Below, one piece after another: positions 31,756 to 42,021 of a stretch of DNA of 64,000 nt; position 1 is the stretch's first letter, and each line of letters starts with the position of its first letter. The notes beneath the pieces were generated by a model. It ran no database searches. It saw nothing but the letters and a program-made list of their open reading frames with translations, and was not told where the DNA came from. The stretch is from an uncultured virus (IMG/VR IMGVR_UViG_3300031853_000024) (lineage: Duplodnaviria; Heunggongvirae; Uroviricota; Caudoviricetes; Schitoviridae): the IMG/VR virus record IMGVR_UViG_3300031853_000024; one strand, written 5' to 3'. Position numbers and translations under genes: made by a program.

Positions 31756-31876
31756 TATTATCTCCAAGTTATGTTACTTAGAGACAATAAGCCAAAGCAT
31801 AGTCTATAAGTAACTGTTAATCATAATCTGCTTTGGCTTAACCAATAGATTGTTCAAAAATTAATTTAATAAAATA

Positions 31877-34312
31877 TTAAATGTCAATAATTCTTGGCTT
31901 TTTAATTTGACTAGCTATTTTATAGAAGTTATATTCAGTACCTCTAATAAGAGCATCAGTAATAACGCCTAATGCAATAGCATTATTATTACTTAAAGCT
32001 ATACTAGCTTTATATTCAGATGTTTCAATTAATCTACCAAGTGTTAACATTTGATTATTAAGTTTTTCTAGTCTAGTTCTCTGCTTATTAGACTGAGATT
32101 CCATTTCAGCTTGAAATGCTTTAGTTATATTATCAGGACTAGCTAATTTCTTAGCTACTTCCATATTAGTTAATTGCAAAGAACTTTGTAATGATGCTGC
32201 AGGTTTAGCACTAATAGCTTTTAACATTGAACTAGCAGCAGAAGATAATGCTGCAGCCCAATCTTTAGTTTGTAAAGCATAATAAAACTGAGGGTTAGTA
32301 GAAGTATCTAGTAAAAATCCCATAGTAGGAGATACTGTCATAGTTTGAGTTACTGCTACTGAACCTAATGCACTAGCAAAAGCTTCTAATGTAAATTTAC
32401 CATTAACTAATGTAGTAGCTAATGATGTAATCATACTAGATGTTAAAGTAGATAAAGATGTAGTTACAGTAGTTGTAGTAGTTACTGATGTACTTCCAAC
32501 CTGTACTACTGCACCTGTAGAAGTAGTTGATGTAGCCATTTGTGAAGGTAAATAATAAATACAGTATATATCTAAAATTGTTTCTAATATGGCTTTAGTA
32601 GCACCCTGTATATGGCAAACTCTACATATAATTTTAAAGGCTATTTTAATGGCTAAAACCAAAAGTAATTGAATAAGAGCTTCAATGGATAAGACTGATT
32701 TAATAGCTGGTGCTGTTCCTGCACCACTAGTACCAATAGTTACAATTACAATATAAATTATATAAATTACTATTCTAACAATAGTAAACCATTTAGATTG
32801 ATACCATTTCTTTTTAATCTTCTTATAAGTGTTATGAACACTACGCATAGAAATAGCAATAATATCATTACCAATGATACCACCTATTTTATTATTAAGA
32901 ATAAATGGTAATACAGGTAATAAACATTCATTAGGGTCTGAATTATCATCTTCTCCGCCCTCTTCAGGATCTTTATGTTTTAATCTTTCTATTTCTTTAG
33001 GTGTTAATCCTCTAGTATTAGAAAAGGTAGGTACAGTTCTATTCATACCATGACCATTGTTATATGAAGTAAATTTAAGATTAGTAACTAATATTTCTTC
33101 ATATTTACCCTCATCTAATTGTTTTCTAATGCGTAAACAAGACTCTCTTGTAGTAATATCTATTGTAGATTGTCCTATAGATTTCTTATGTACTACAGTT
33201 TGTTCAAAGCTTTCTGTAGTAAATCTATGGAATGGTGCTATATGACCATCTTTGATTTGATGTGTAATGCTACCCCATGAAATATCATAGTTAAATGCTT
33301 TATGCCTATAATAGATATTATTAGCATTTAATCCACTTGAATCATACATGTATTTAAAAAACTCATACATGTATCTCATAACTCTTTGGTCATTAGCTGT
33401 AATATCTAATGCAAAAGTAAGAGCTATATCTGTTACATTTCCAAGACTATCTCTATACTGTTTATCTTTTTCTGTTGGATTATTTAATTCAGCTTCACCA
33501 TTAAATGAATCTACTAAGTCTTCATAATCCATATTAAAACGCTGGAATATCTTACAGCATAGATTAAAGTAATTAGGATCGTTTCTTTTAATGCTATCTT
33601 TGTCTTTACGCATCAAAAATGATGGATAGTAAGTTACCCTATTACTATCAAACCAAGTACGAAATACATCATTCTGAGAGGCTGTATTCCATATGTAATA
33701 TTCTAGTTTATCTTCTTGGTTTTTATAGCCTACTAATAAGTATGATGCATTTAAATCACCTGTAAACTGAATACCTGTATTTAATTCATGATAATCAGAC
33801 ATTATTTGAGCTGATGGTCCACCACCTACAACTCTATCTTTCTTATAACGTACATAAATATAATCTGTTTCATCTAAATATGTAGATACATAATCATATT
33901 CAATTTCATCTACAGTTAAATGTTCACCATCAAATGCATAATTATCTTCTAATGTACGTAAAGCCAGACATTTAAATAAAGCTTCACATGGTTGCATGAT
34001 ACGAGATGATTCTAATGAACCAATTTCCATATCAGTAGCTTGTTCAAATAAAGCTTTAGTTAAAGGTCTAGTAATTAAACTACCTTCAGGCGTACCTAAT
34101 ATAGATGCAAATCTACCCCCTACCTGACAGTCTTTAGCAATATTATTAAGTTTACCCACTAAACTATTTTGTGCTGTATCCTGAAAGATACGAGGTAAGT
34201 ATGAACCTTTATTAAAAAGATAATTAGAGATACAACCCTTGAGACTATTACTTATATCCCAAGGGTTATTAAGAGCTTGTGTTTGAGTATGATATATCTT
34301 TTTACTACCCAT
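31877..34312 (-). CDS. N4 gp53-like structural protein
   Basis: 811 aa; KKKWYQSKWF followed by TM helices; synteny. Confidence 0.75.
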   Translation of the reverse strand: MGSKKIYHTQTQALNNPWDISNSLKGCISNYLFNKGSYLPRIFQDTAQNSLVGKLNNIAKDCQVGGRFASILGTPEGSLITRPLTKALFEQATDMEIGSLESSRIMQPCEALFKCLALRTLEDNYAFDGEHLTVDEIEYDYVSTYLDETDYIYVRYKKDRVVGGGPSAQIMSDYHELNTGIQFTGDLNASYLLVGYKNQEDKLEYYIWNTASQNDVFRTWFDSNRVTYYPSFLMRKDKDSIKRNDPNYFNLCCKIFQRFNMDYEDLVDSFNGEAELNNPTEKDKQYRDSLGNVTDIALTFALDITANDQRVMRYMYEFFKYMYDSSGLNANNIYYRHKAFNYDISWGSITHQIKDGHIAPFHRFTTESFEQTVVHKKSIGQSTIDITTRESCLRIRKQLDEGKYEEILVTNLKFTSYNNGHGMNRTVPTFSNTRGLTPKEIERLKHKDPEEGGEDDNSDPNECLLPVLPFILNNKIGGIIGNDIIAISMRSVHNTYKKIKKKWYQSKWFTIVRIVIYIIYIVIVTIGTSGAGTAPAIKSVLSIEALIQLLLVLAIKIAFKIICRVCHIQGATKAILETILDIYCIYYLPSQMATSTTSTGAVVQVGSTSVTTTTTVTTSLSTLTSSMITSLATTLVNGKFTLEAFASALGSVAVTQTMTVSPTMGFLLDTSTNPQFYYALQTKDWAAALSSAASSMLKAISAKPAASLQSSLQLTNMEVAKKLASPDNITKAFQAEMESQSNKQRTRLEKLNNQMLTLGRLIETSEYKASIALSNNNAIALGVITDALIRGTEYNFYKIASQIKKPRIIDI

Positions 34313-35085
34313 TAAGATGTTCCATCATCATTAACACTTGCACCAGGAGCCCAGTGATTTCTGTATTGTTCATGCTCACCTGAATATTTAGAGGTATTAA
34401 GTTCAGTAATACCAAAAGCTCTTCTTAAAGCATTTAAATACTCTACAGAGTTACCACCATTAAGACCATAATAACTAGCACCTACACCTTCTGCTGATTC
34501 AATAGTAGCAAATGGAGTAACAGCTAAATCCTTAGCTAATGAAAGATAAGATGCTTTATTAGCATTATCTACAGTAGCTTTAGATGCTTTTATTTCCTGT
34601 CCTAATACACCATGAATATTGCTATTTTCGCCTTCATAACATTCCTCATCATTAGGAATAATATCTTTGGTTTTAGCTAATTCAGTTAAAGCTTGAGCTT
34701 TAATTAATGGTATTTTCTGTTTTTCCTGTTCTAATTGAACTTTAGCTATTTCTAATTGGGCTTCTTCAAGTTTAATTTTAACTTTCTGCAGCTCTAACTC
34801 AAGTTTAAGTTTCTCTTTTTCAAGCTTTAATTTTTCAAGTTCAATCCAAGAATTATCCTGTTGTAATACAAACTGAGTAGACAGTTGTAATACAGTCTGA
34901 ATAATCCCTAGATAGGTAGTAGCATAATTACTTCCTGTAATACGCTGTTTCTTATATTCGTCCTGAATATGTAGCTCTGCTGATGCCATTAAGACATCAA
35001 ATACGCCACTACCTGTTAGAGAACCTTTAGTTAAATCATTAATATCTTTTGGTTTGATATTAGTGTCATCAATAGTAATATCCAT
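34312..35085 (-). CDS. N4 gp54-like virion protein
   Basis: LTKGSLTGSGVFDVLM..H..EY...RITG..YA N-terminus, coiled coil. Confidence 0.8.
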   Translation of the reverse strand: MDITIDDTNIKPKDINDLTKGSLTGSGVFDVLMASAELHIQDEYKKQRITGSNYATTYLGIIQTVLQLSTQFVLQQDNSWIELEKLKLEKEKLKLELELQKVKIKLEEAQLEIAKVQLEQEKQKIPLIKAQALTELAKTKDIIPNDEECYEGENSNIHGVLGQEIKASKATVDNANKASYLSLAKDLAVTPFATIESAEGVGASYYGLNGGNSVEYLNALRRAFGITELNTSKYSGEHEQYRNHWAPGASVNDDGTS

Positions 35086-35609
35086 TAATTAGCCTGATTT
35101 GCTGCATCTCTTAACTGTTTATCTTTACGCATATTATCAAATTCTTCTTTGGTAATAGGACCCAATTCTTCTACGGTATAAGCAGGCTTTAATTCTTTTC
35201 TTACTTCTTCTGATTGTGAATCTCCTAATCCTGAGTTATAACGTACATCAATATTTGATGGTACATATAGATACTGTTGTGATTTAATATGCTTAATCAT
35301 CTGTTCAGATAAAAACCAAGGTTTATTAAATGGTACTGCTACTCTTTCCTGAGATGTAGAGTTCATAAGCATAAAGTACTTAGCCTGCATATGTAATTCA
35401 TTTGGATTAAGAGGAATTACTCTTACTCTGCGTTTAAGTAATTTATTCTTGGTTTCTTCTTTCTTTACAATTATCTGCTGTTCCTTTTCCTTTTCTTTCT
35501 CAGCCTTTTCAATCTTGGCTAATAAAGTATCGTCTGAGGTTTTGGCAGTATATTTAATACCAAGCTCATCTGCTTTGACTCTTAGTTCTTCAGTTGTAAT
35601 TGCTGACAT
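35085..35609 (-). CDS. N4 gp55-like protein
   Basis: ELRVKADELGIKY, RRVRV.PLNP, VPFN..W; follows the capsid gene. Confidence 0.75.
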   Translation of the reverse strand: MSAITTEELRVKADELGIKYTAKTSDDTLLAKIEKAEKEKEKEQQIIVKKEETKNKLLKRRVRVIPLNPNELHMQAKYFMLMNSTSQERVAVPFNKPWFLSEQMIKHIKSQQYLYVPSNIDVRYNSGLGDSQSEEVRKELKPAYTVEELGPITKEEFDNMRKDKQLRDAANQAN

Positions 35610-35620
35610 TTATAATCTCC

Positions 35621-35644
35621 AAAAAAGGGCTACTGTGTAGCCCT
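35621..35644 (-). terminator. intrinsic terminator after major capsid gene
   Basis: AGGGCTAC-AC-AGTAGCCCT stem plus T6 on the minus strand. Confidence 0.8.
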
Positions 35645-35669
35645 AAAAATAATATGACAAAAGGAAAAA

Positions 35670-36896
35670 TTAAATTCTTGCTACGGACTTAATACACATA
35701 AGTCTTTCATTACGCAGAATCATAGTACCATAAGTCCACTGAATAGACCAAATACCTCTACGACCATAAGGGTCATTAAAGTCCATGGTTGCTTCACCTG
35801 GTTTCTTATGCATTACTTCAAAGTTGAAAGACTTACCATTAGTACGGAAACCAATAGTAGTAAATGACTCAGGCCCAATAATCAACATAGGATATACGTT
35901 GTAGTTAGTACCATTATTATCCATAGTAGGTGAGTCAGCTACTGCTGTACCAGCACCTTCAAATCTAAGCATTTCAGGTACTTCTACAATACGGAACTCA
36001 TATACTCTACCAATTTCACCTTTAACAGGCTGTGCACCTGCTGCATACTGTTCTACAGGAACAAATGCAGGTCTGTTATGCATATCAGTCATAGCCATAA
36101 AGGTAGGACGCATTTCAGGACCAACATACAGAGTCCAACCACCTGCTACAGTACGAGTATCTACATTAGTAGAACCTGTAAACATTGAGTAGGATTTAGG
36201 TACTCTATTCTCCTGAAGAATCTTAGCAATCTTAACCAAGTCGTTATAGGTAATTTCTGAAGTTTCACCCATATCTGAGTTTTCATCATTACCTGCACCG
36301 CAATAGTAAGTAAATGCACCAGCACCATTAATCAAATCAATCTGAAGAACATCTTCAGTGATTTCATTAGCACCTCTAAGAGCTTCTCTAGTAAAGTGAG
36401 AGATAAGAGCAGGGTCAGTATCATACTGTTCTGCATCTCTAGTATATTCAAAGAAGAAACCCAAATCAGAAATAGTACCTTCAATTACATCACGGGTAAA
36501 ACCAACACGGTTATATCTACCACCTGTTTCACCGATTACAGGCAACTTACCTACGATAGTAGAAATATCTTTAGATGAACCATAGATATTACCATTAGCA
36601 TAAGTAGCACCTGTAGCATCAATACCCTGATCGTTGATATTTCTATCATCTAACAGTGGTCTCCAAACATATTGTTTAATGTGTTTACCATTGTTAGGAC
36701 CAAGAGTAGTTACAGTTGCCAAAGGCTGAAAGTACTGTTCTTTAACAGCTTCAATCAATGCATCACGTTTAAAGTAATCATTAATAAGCTGTTTTTTAAT
36801 AGTACCTGTATCTGCTACCTGACCATGGTGAGTATCTTCCCATGGACCTCTACCACCATTACCATACTGCATACCTAAAGCTGCGTTATAAGGCAT
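35670..36896 (-). CDS. major capsid protein (N4 gp56-like)
   Basis: KEQYFQPLA, PLLDDRNINDQGIDA, GETGGRYNRVGF, DPYG..G.WSIQW.YG.MILR.ER. Confidence 0.95.
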   Translation of the reverse strand: MPYNAALGMQYGNGGRGPWEDTHHGQVADTGTIKKQLINDYFKRDALIEAVKEQYFQPLATVTTLGPNNGKHIKQYVWRPLLDDRNINDQGIDATGATYANGNIYGSSKDISTIVGKLPVIGETGGRYNRVGFTRDVIEGTISDLGFFFEYTRDAEQYDTDPALISHFTREALRGANEITEDVLQIDLINGAGAFTYYCGAGNDENSDMGETSEITYNDLVKIAKILQENRVPKSYSMFTGSTNVDTRTVAGGWTLYVGPEMRPTFMAMTDMHNRPAFVPVEQYAAGAQPVKGEIGRVYEFRIVEVPEMLRFEGAGTAVADSPTMDNNGTNYNVYPMLIIGPESFTTIGFRTNGKSFNFEVMHKKPGEATMDFNDPYGRRGIWSIQWTYGTMILRNERLMCIKSVARI

Positions 36897-36899
36897 ACG

Positions 36900-38039
36900 T
36901 TATCTCCTCATTAATTCATTAATATCAATCTTTGCAAATTCCTCATCAGAACATGTCAACGGATCATATTGAGTAACAGCTCTACCTGGTGAAGACCTTA
37001 CAGGACTAGCACCCTGTTTCCTCTGCTGTACTGCATTAAACTGCTGCTGCTGATAAGCCTGTTGATTCTGTTGAGGTTGTACCTGTGGTTGCTGCGGAGC
37101 TGACTGATTAGAATTTGCAAAATACTGATTTGCTACAACACTAAAAGCGTCCATATAGTTGAGTCCTCTAATACGTGGGTCACCAACTATCTGCATATGC
37201 TCTAGTTCCTGCTTAATTGGTTCATAATGACCATTCTTAATAAGGTCACTTAAAACCAAGTAATAATTAGGATTTCGTGCAAAGGTATTTCTTGATTCAG
37301 CATCAAAGTCATCTAAAGCATTATCTACTTTAGAGTACATATCAGACTCTTTAAGCTGTTCTACTACTTCTTTAAAACGAAGTTTTTCAGGACTGATACT
37401 ATAGTTGTTAGGGATATAAGGGGTAGTTTCTACTGGTTTTTGATTTCCAAATTCATCTACTTCCTGCTGTGGCATAAGAGAATTAATATCAATACCTTTA
37501 TCCTTAATCAATTTAGCTAAAGCTTTAGGATTACCATTATAAAGGTCTATTGCATAATTCAGATTGTCACCAAGCATACCTTGTTCTTCAAGAGTACGCA
37601 TTTCCACTAGTCTTGGTTTCAATGCCTGCTGCTTACGGGTGTAATCAACACCTTTCTGCATTAGTGATATTGCCTCATCTACATTTCTAACCTGAAATTC
37701 TTTACCATTTGCTTTAAATGGTGAATAGATTTTTTCATAAGTCTGCTTGTAGATTTCAGGGTCTAATTCTTGCTGTTGTTCTTGCTGAGTAGTAGGCGTA
37801 GCATTAACAACATCATTATTATATTCTTGCTGTTCAACCTGTGGTTGATTATCAACAACCTGTTGTTGTTCTTCCTGTGGCTGTTGATATTGATAGTCTT
37901 GCTGATAATTCTGTTCCTGTGGAACCTGCTGTTGCTGTTGTGCCTGAATATTAGCTGTTTTTCTATCAAAATCTGCTAATAGTTCATCATAGTTAATTTT
38001 CTTAAAATCTTCATCGCTAACATAATTATTATCTATCAT
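36900..38039 (-). CDS. N4 gp57-like scaffolding-type protein
   Basis: PFKANGKE..V....EAI.LMQKG.DY..K motif; Q-rich low-complexity arms; precedes capsid gene. Confidence 0.8.
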   Translation of the reverse strand: MIDNNYVSDEDFKKINYDELLADFDRKTANIQAQQQQQVPQEQNYQQDYQYQQPQEEQQQVVDNQPQVEQQEYNNDVVNATPTTQQEQQQELDPEIYKQTYEKIYSPFKANGKEFQVRNVDEAISLMQKGVDYTRKQQALKPRLVEMRTLEEQGMLGDNLNYAIDLYNGNPKALAKLIKDKGIDINSLMPQQEVDEFGNQKPVETTPYIPNNYSISPEKLRFKEVVEQLKESDMYSKVDNALDDFDAESRNTFARNPNYYLVLSDLIKNGHYEPIKQELEHMQIVGDPRIRGLNYMDAFSVVANQYFANSNQSAPQQPQVQPQQNQQAYQQQQFNAVQQRKQGASPVRSSPGRAVTQYDPLTCSDEEFAKIDINELMRR

Positions 38040-38340
38040 TCTGGGACTCCTCTATAGCTTTATAAGTTTCAGGATTATTTAATCCTTCTTTAGCTTGTTC
38101 ACCTTCCATGTGTAATGAACGGAGAAATTCTCTGAAGCAAGAGATTGCCATTAACCTGTCACAACGGTCTTTATACTGACGTTCATTAGCTGCCTGAGAT
38201 AACAACAATACGAGAGCATCAGCATTACCTTGACAATAGCCTTCAATAATTACTTTCTTGAAGTCTTCATTGTTTTCAAGTCTTTCTAATGCTTCTAGAG
38301 TTGCTACTTGTTCTTTAGCTTGTTCGATTGTATAAAACAT
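38029..38340 (-). CDS. N4 gp58-like protein
   Basis: ALERLENNEDFKKVIIEGY; between portal and scaffold. Confidence 0.8.
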   Translation of the reverse strand: MFYTIEQAKEQVATLEALERLENNEDFKKVIIEGYCQGNADALVLLLSQAANERQYKDRCDRLMAISCFREFLRSLHMEGEQAKEGLNNPETYKAIEESQNDR

Positions 38341-40673
38341 TATTTTTTGGTTCCTTTCTTATTTTGAGATTGTTTAGTCTTTTCCTGCTCAATCATATAA
38401 TCCATGAATTTTTCCTGCATAGATTTATCTGCTTGAGCTTTAGCCTGTTGAGCCATAAGTTCCATATCCTGCTTATGCTTAGTACCCTGAATATCATTGA
38501 GATAATCAAGATTAAGTTTCTGAGCCATAGACTGATTGTATTGAGCTTTAGCTTGTTCAGACTGAATCTTACTAAGTAACTCTTGTGGTCTAAGCTGCAT
38601 ATCAAGTTGAGTACCATATATTTCACTTTGAGCTTTAGCATTAGACAACTGAGTATCAGCTTCAGATTTACCTGCTTCTGCATGTAATTTTTCAATCTGA
38701 GCCTGTAATAATTCAATCTGCATTTCCTGCAGTTTTTGCTGCATTGGATCAGGAGGTGGAGGAGTAAATCTTCTTACTCTTTCAGCTAATTCAGGCATTT
38801 TACGTAAATCACAAATCTCAGATAAAATCATCTGAGTCATTTCTTGATTAACAGTATTACCTAATGTCTGTAACATAAATGCTAATGATTCAGCTTTAGC
38901 TTGATTTTCTTCAGCACTAGTAATAGCCAACTCTAAATCAAAATTACCAGCTAAATCATCTCTATGTATTTCTACAAAGTCTTGGTTTGTAATACGAATA
39001 ATTTCACTGTCATTAAGCCAAAGAGCATTCATAGCTATAATCTTTCTAGCTACTTTCTTTATACCATCAGCTAATCTTCTAAGAATACCTAATTCTCTCT
39101 TAGTAGCTGAATCCAATACAGATTTAACACCTTGAGCTGTATTACCTAATGAATCACCTGTAATACCCTGATTATAGGATTTAACACCTGTTAATGACTC
39201 TGCTTCCATTTCCTGCGATTGTAAGAATGGAAGAATAGTCTGAGGTATTTCAGGGAATGTATGTTGGAAGATACCCTGTTGAGGTGTCATAGTAGGATTA
39301 AATTCATAATCCCTGCCTTCTGTAAATGCTTTCTTATTTACAGGGTCTAAGAACTGCATAGCTGTACCTGTTTGAGAGTTAGCACTCTTAGCTAATAAAT
39401 CTATAACACCTCTAGTTACAGCACCTATAATAGCTTGGTTATCAGCGATTAACACACCATCAGGTTCACCATATATTTCATGAATAGCAGGTAAATAAGG
39501 TACTACTACAAATGGTGGTTTATGATCAGGGAATGGATTTTCCTCTAGCCTAATCATAATATCACCAACCCAAGTAGCAACAATAGGAACTTTAACACCA
39601 TTATTGTTAATATCCCAATTACCCCAATATTCATATACAGTTAATTTTCTTCTAGCTGAATCCTTAAAGTTATCACTAAAAGAATCATCAATATCTCTAG
39701 TTGCTGTATCAGGGATTAATTCTACATTCACATATCTACCATCTTGTAATAAATCTGATTTACATGAAGTAAATCTATAAATAAAGTATTCAGCTTTATC
39801 TACATCGCCTTCACAAGATGGATCTATATAAATGTCTTTGTAATAACATAAATCAAGAGTAGGTCTGTTTATTACTTTGGTTTGTCTTTCATAAACAGTG
39901 CCTACTTGAACAGGTTCATAGGCTATTGGAGGGAGAGATTGAATATATTGTTGAGCCTGTTCAAGTAACTGTTGTTGCATCTGTTGCAGTTGTTCTTCAG
40001 CCATACCTGACTGTTTATACTGTTCTAACTGCATCTGAATATTAGCAAATACCTGCTGTTGTCTTTGCTGTTCTTCCTGATTAGCTAATTCAATACACTG
40101 AATCCACTGTTCAGGAATATTACCAATATTGATTGAGTCTTGATAGAGTTTTTTAACTCTCTCAAATCTATTGACCCCTACGGGGTCTTCAGGGTTAATA
40201 GGTTTAGGTTGATACTGTGGTTTAGGAACATCAAGATAATCTTCTTTTTCTTCCCAACCAACTCTGATTATTGAAGTACCTGTATTAACAGCACTACGAA
40301 TATAATCATCAATAAACTTAACCTTGTTAATTTGGGTATTGAACTGATGATTTAGGACTAATTCATTCTGTTTTGCTGCATAGCTATCTTCATATGTTAC
40401 AGGATTAACTTTGAAGATATTGTTTTCAGCTAAGAATGGTTCTGTAAGAGCAGAGTAACGCCACTCAGCCTGCTTACGTATTAACTTGGATTGGACTGTG
40501 CTACGAGTTTTGCCTCTCTTGTGGTCATAAGGTATAGGGTCAGCTTTATACTTAACCAAGTAGTCATCAATTAGAGCTTCCTGTTTGTCATGACTTGATT
40601 TACAATTTACATAGTCATCTTTCAAGTCAGCAACGGTAGGCTCATTAGCCCAATTAGTTAGTTTATAGTCCAT
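38340..40673 (-). CDS. portal protein (N4 gp59-like)
   Basis: LTNWANEPT, KLIRKQAEWRYSALTEPFL, RLEENPFPD.KPPFVVVPYLP, LAGNFDL. Confidence 0.95.
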   Translation of the reverse strand: MDYKLTNWANEPTVADLKDDYVNCKSSHDKQEALIDDYLVKYKADPIPYDHKRGKTRSTVQSKLIRKQAEWRYSALTEPFLAENNIFKVNPVTYEDSYAAKQNELVLNHQFNTQINKVKFIDDYIRSAVNTGTSIIRVGWEEKEDYLDVPKPQYQPKPINPEDPVGVNRFERVKKLYQDSINIGNIPEQWIQCIELANQEEQQRQQQVFANIQMQLEQYKQSGMAEEQLQQMQQQLLEQAQQYIQSLPPIAYEPVQVGTVYERQTKVINRPTLDLCYYKDIYIDPSCEGDVDKAEYFIYRFTSCKSDLLQDGRYVNVELIPDTATRDIDDSFSDNFKDSARRKLTVYEYWGNWDINNNGVKVPIVATWVGDIMIRLEENPFPDHKPPFVVVPYLPAIHEIYGEPDGVLIADNQAIIGAVTRGVIDLLAKSANSQTGTAMQFLDPVNKKAFTEGRDYEFNPTMTPQQGIFQHTFPEIPQTILPFLQSQEMEAESLTGVKSYNQGITGDSLGNTAQGVKSVLDSATKRELGILRRLADGIKKVARKIIAMNALWLNDSEIIRITNQDFVEIHRDDLAGNFDLELAITSAEENQAKAESLAFMLQTLGNTVNQEMTQMILSEICDLRKMPELAERVRRFTPPPPDPMQQKLQEMQIELLQAQIEKLHAEAGKSEADTQLSNAKAQSEIYGTQLDMQLRPQELLSKIQSEQAKAQYNQSMAQKLNLDYLNDIQGTKHKQDMELMAQQAKAQADKSMQEKFMDYMIEQEKTKQSQNKKGTKK
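40173..40187 (+). promoter_or_regulatory. TAC-loop hairpin element inside portal gene
   Basis: GACCCC-TAC-GGGGTC. Confidence 0.6.
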
Positions 40674-40701
40674 AAATCACCTGTTCAATAAATTGATAAA
40701 A

Positions 40702-40731
40702 AAGGTATTTAATTGTTTTTTTAATTGTCAA
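40702..40731 (-). promoter_or_regulatory. sigma70-like late promoter upstream of portal
   Basis: TTGACA-N18-TACCTT on the minus strand. Confidence 0.5.
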
Positions 40732-40741
40732 GGAATTTTTT

Positions 40742-41167
40742 ATGAAAATTAAGCCATTAGTAAATAATTTCATCAAACCGGAGTATAAAAGAGATTTATC
40801 AGGTGGATTAGACATCTATTTCCAAACAGATGTAATACTTAATCCAAACCAAGTAAATAAAATACCTCTAGGATTTGCAGCAGAAGTACCTGAAGGACAT
40901 GTAGCATTATTATTGCCTAGATCTAGTACAGGTATTAAAGGTATTTGTTTAAGAAATACAGTAGGAGTAATTGATGCAGACTATCGAGGAGAATGGTTAG
41001 CTTATATTACATTAGACTCAATATGTGATAAACCTATTACATTTAAAAGAGGTGAGAGAGCATTACAGGCTCTTATAGTACCTTTTTCAAGGGTAGCTAT
41101 TGAGCTTACTGATACTCTGTCTAAAACAGGTAGAGGGGATACAGGATTTGGTGGTACAGGTAAATAA
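40742..41167 (+). CDS. dut: trimeric dUTPase
   Basis: motifs GGLD, PRSS, GVIDADYRGE, RALQ, RGDTGFGGTG. Confidence 0.95.
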   Translation: MKIKPLVNNFIKPEYKRDLSGGLDIYFQTDVILNPNQVNKIPLGFAAEVPEGHVALLLPRSSTGIKGICLRNTVGVIDADYRGEWLAYITLDSICDKPITFKRGERALQALIVPFSRVAIELTDTLSKTGRGDTGFGGTGK

Positions 41168-41368
41168 TTAGATTGATTTAAGCCAATCAATAATATCTAA
41201 TTCTTTTACTCTTGCTACATACTGTGCATTAATATACTCATTAGTTCCATGCTGCCTAACATATGAATGATAGCCATCATTTAGGGTAGCATGGTTTTTA
41301 TATTCATAAAATAAATTACTAGTATCTTCAGGATATTCTTGATATTTTTTTACCTTTTCTCTTGCCAT
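41168..41368 (-). CDS. hypothetical protein
   Basis: 66 aa, AGGA SD, divergent from 41444. Confidence 0.55.
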   Translation of the reverse strand: MAREKVKKYQEYPEDTSNLFYEYKNHATLNDGYHSYVRQHGTNEYINAQYVARVKELDIIDWLKSI

Positions 41369-41443
41369 AGGTTTCCTATTTGATGTATAGCGATTAATTA
41401 ACTAATTATATCATATACATACTTAATTAATAGGAGAACCAAT

Positions 41444-41800
41444 ATGTCTAGATGTCCTTGCTGTAGAAAAGATGAATCTTTAGAACCAACTTGTGATTAT
41501 TATCACCCTGATACTTTAACAACTCACTTACAAGGTAAATTATATGGACCTACAGGTGAGATATTACCTAATGCAGTAATTACTGTAGAAATTACTGATA
41601 GAAATGATTCATATGTTGGATTACGCACTTCCACTAAAACAAATGAATACGGTATTTATAACTTTAAAGTAACAGGTGGCTATAGTAATATTTATGTTGC
41701 TAAAGATGAAGATAGCTCAGAGTATTTATTGGGTAAAGTACATGTAGCACCATCAGATTATGATAAGGTTTATACAATAGAGGGATTATTACATAAATGA
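41444..41800 (+). CDS. hypothetical protein with transthyretin/carboxypeptidase-regulatory-like beta sandwich (resembles tail fibre N-terminal domains)
   Basis: LQGKLYGPTGEILPNAVITV..TKTNEYGIYNF.V..GY pattern; AGGAG SD. Confidence 0.5.
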   Translation: MSRCPCCRKDESLEPTCDYYHPDTLTTHLQGKLYGPTGEILPNAVITVEITDRNDSYVGLRTSTKTNEYGIYNFKVTGGYSNIYVAKDEDSSEYLLGKVHVAPSDYDKVYTIEGLLHK

Positions 41801-42021
41801 GAATACAGGATTATTTTACATATGTTCCTACTGAAGGAGAGGTTATTCTTAAATCTAAAACCTTTAGGGGTTGGAGAGTTAAGATAACTAATGACTTAAA
41901 CATTGAATATACCAAAGATAATAAACCGTTTGATGCATTTGAAGAAACAGATGATGATTACAGGTTATTAATGGCTATGCGTCAATGTACCACTTGGGAA
42001 AAGGTTAATGTTAATAAATAA
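41797..42021 (+). CDS. hypothetical protein
   Basis: 74 aa, ATGA coupling. Confidence 0.6.
   Translation: MRIQDYFTYVPTEGEVILKSKTFRGWRVKITNDLNIEYTKDNKPFDAFEETDDDYRLLMAMRQCTTWEKVNVNK

Noticed and set aside
35170..35690. Other CTACGG hits (also about 3625 and 31614)
   Set aside because: They lack the CC core and complementary flanks, so no hairpin forms
36900..38039. Q-rich repeats as a tape-measure or repeat locus
   Set aside because: Low-complexity arms of a gp57-like scaffold in a podophage; no tandem DNA unit
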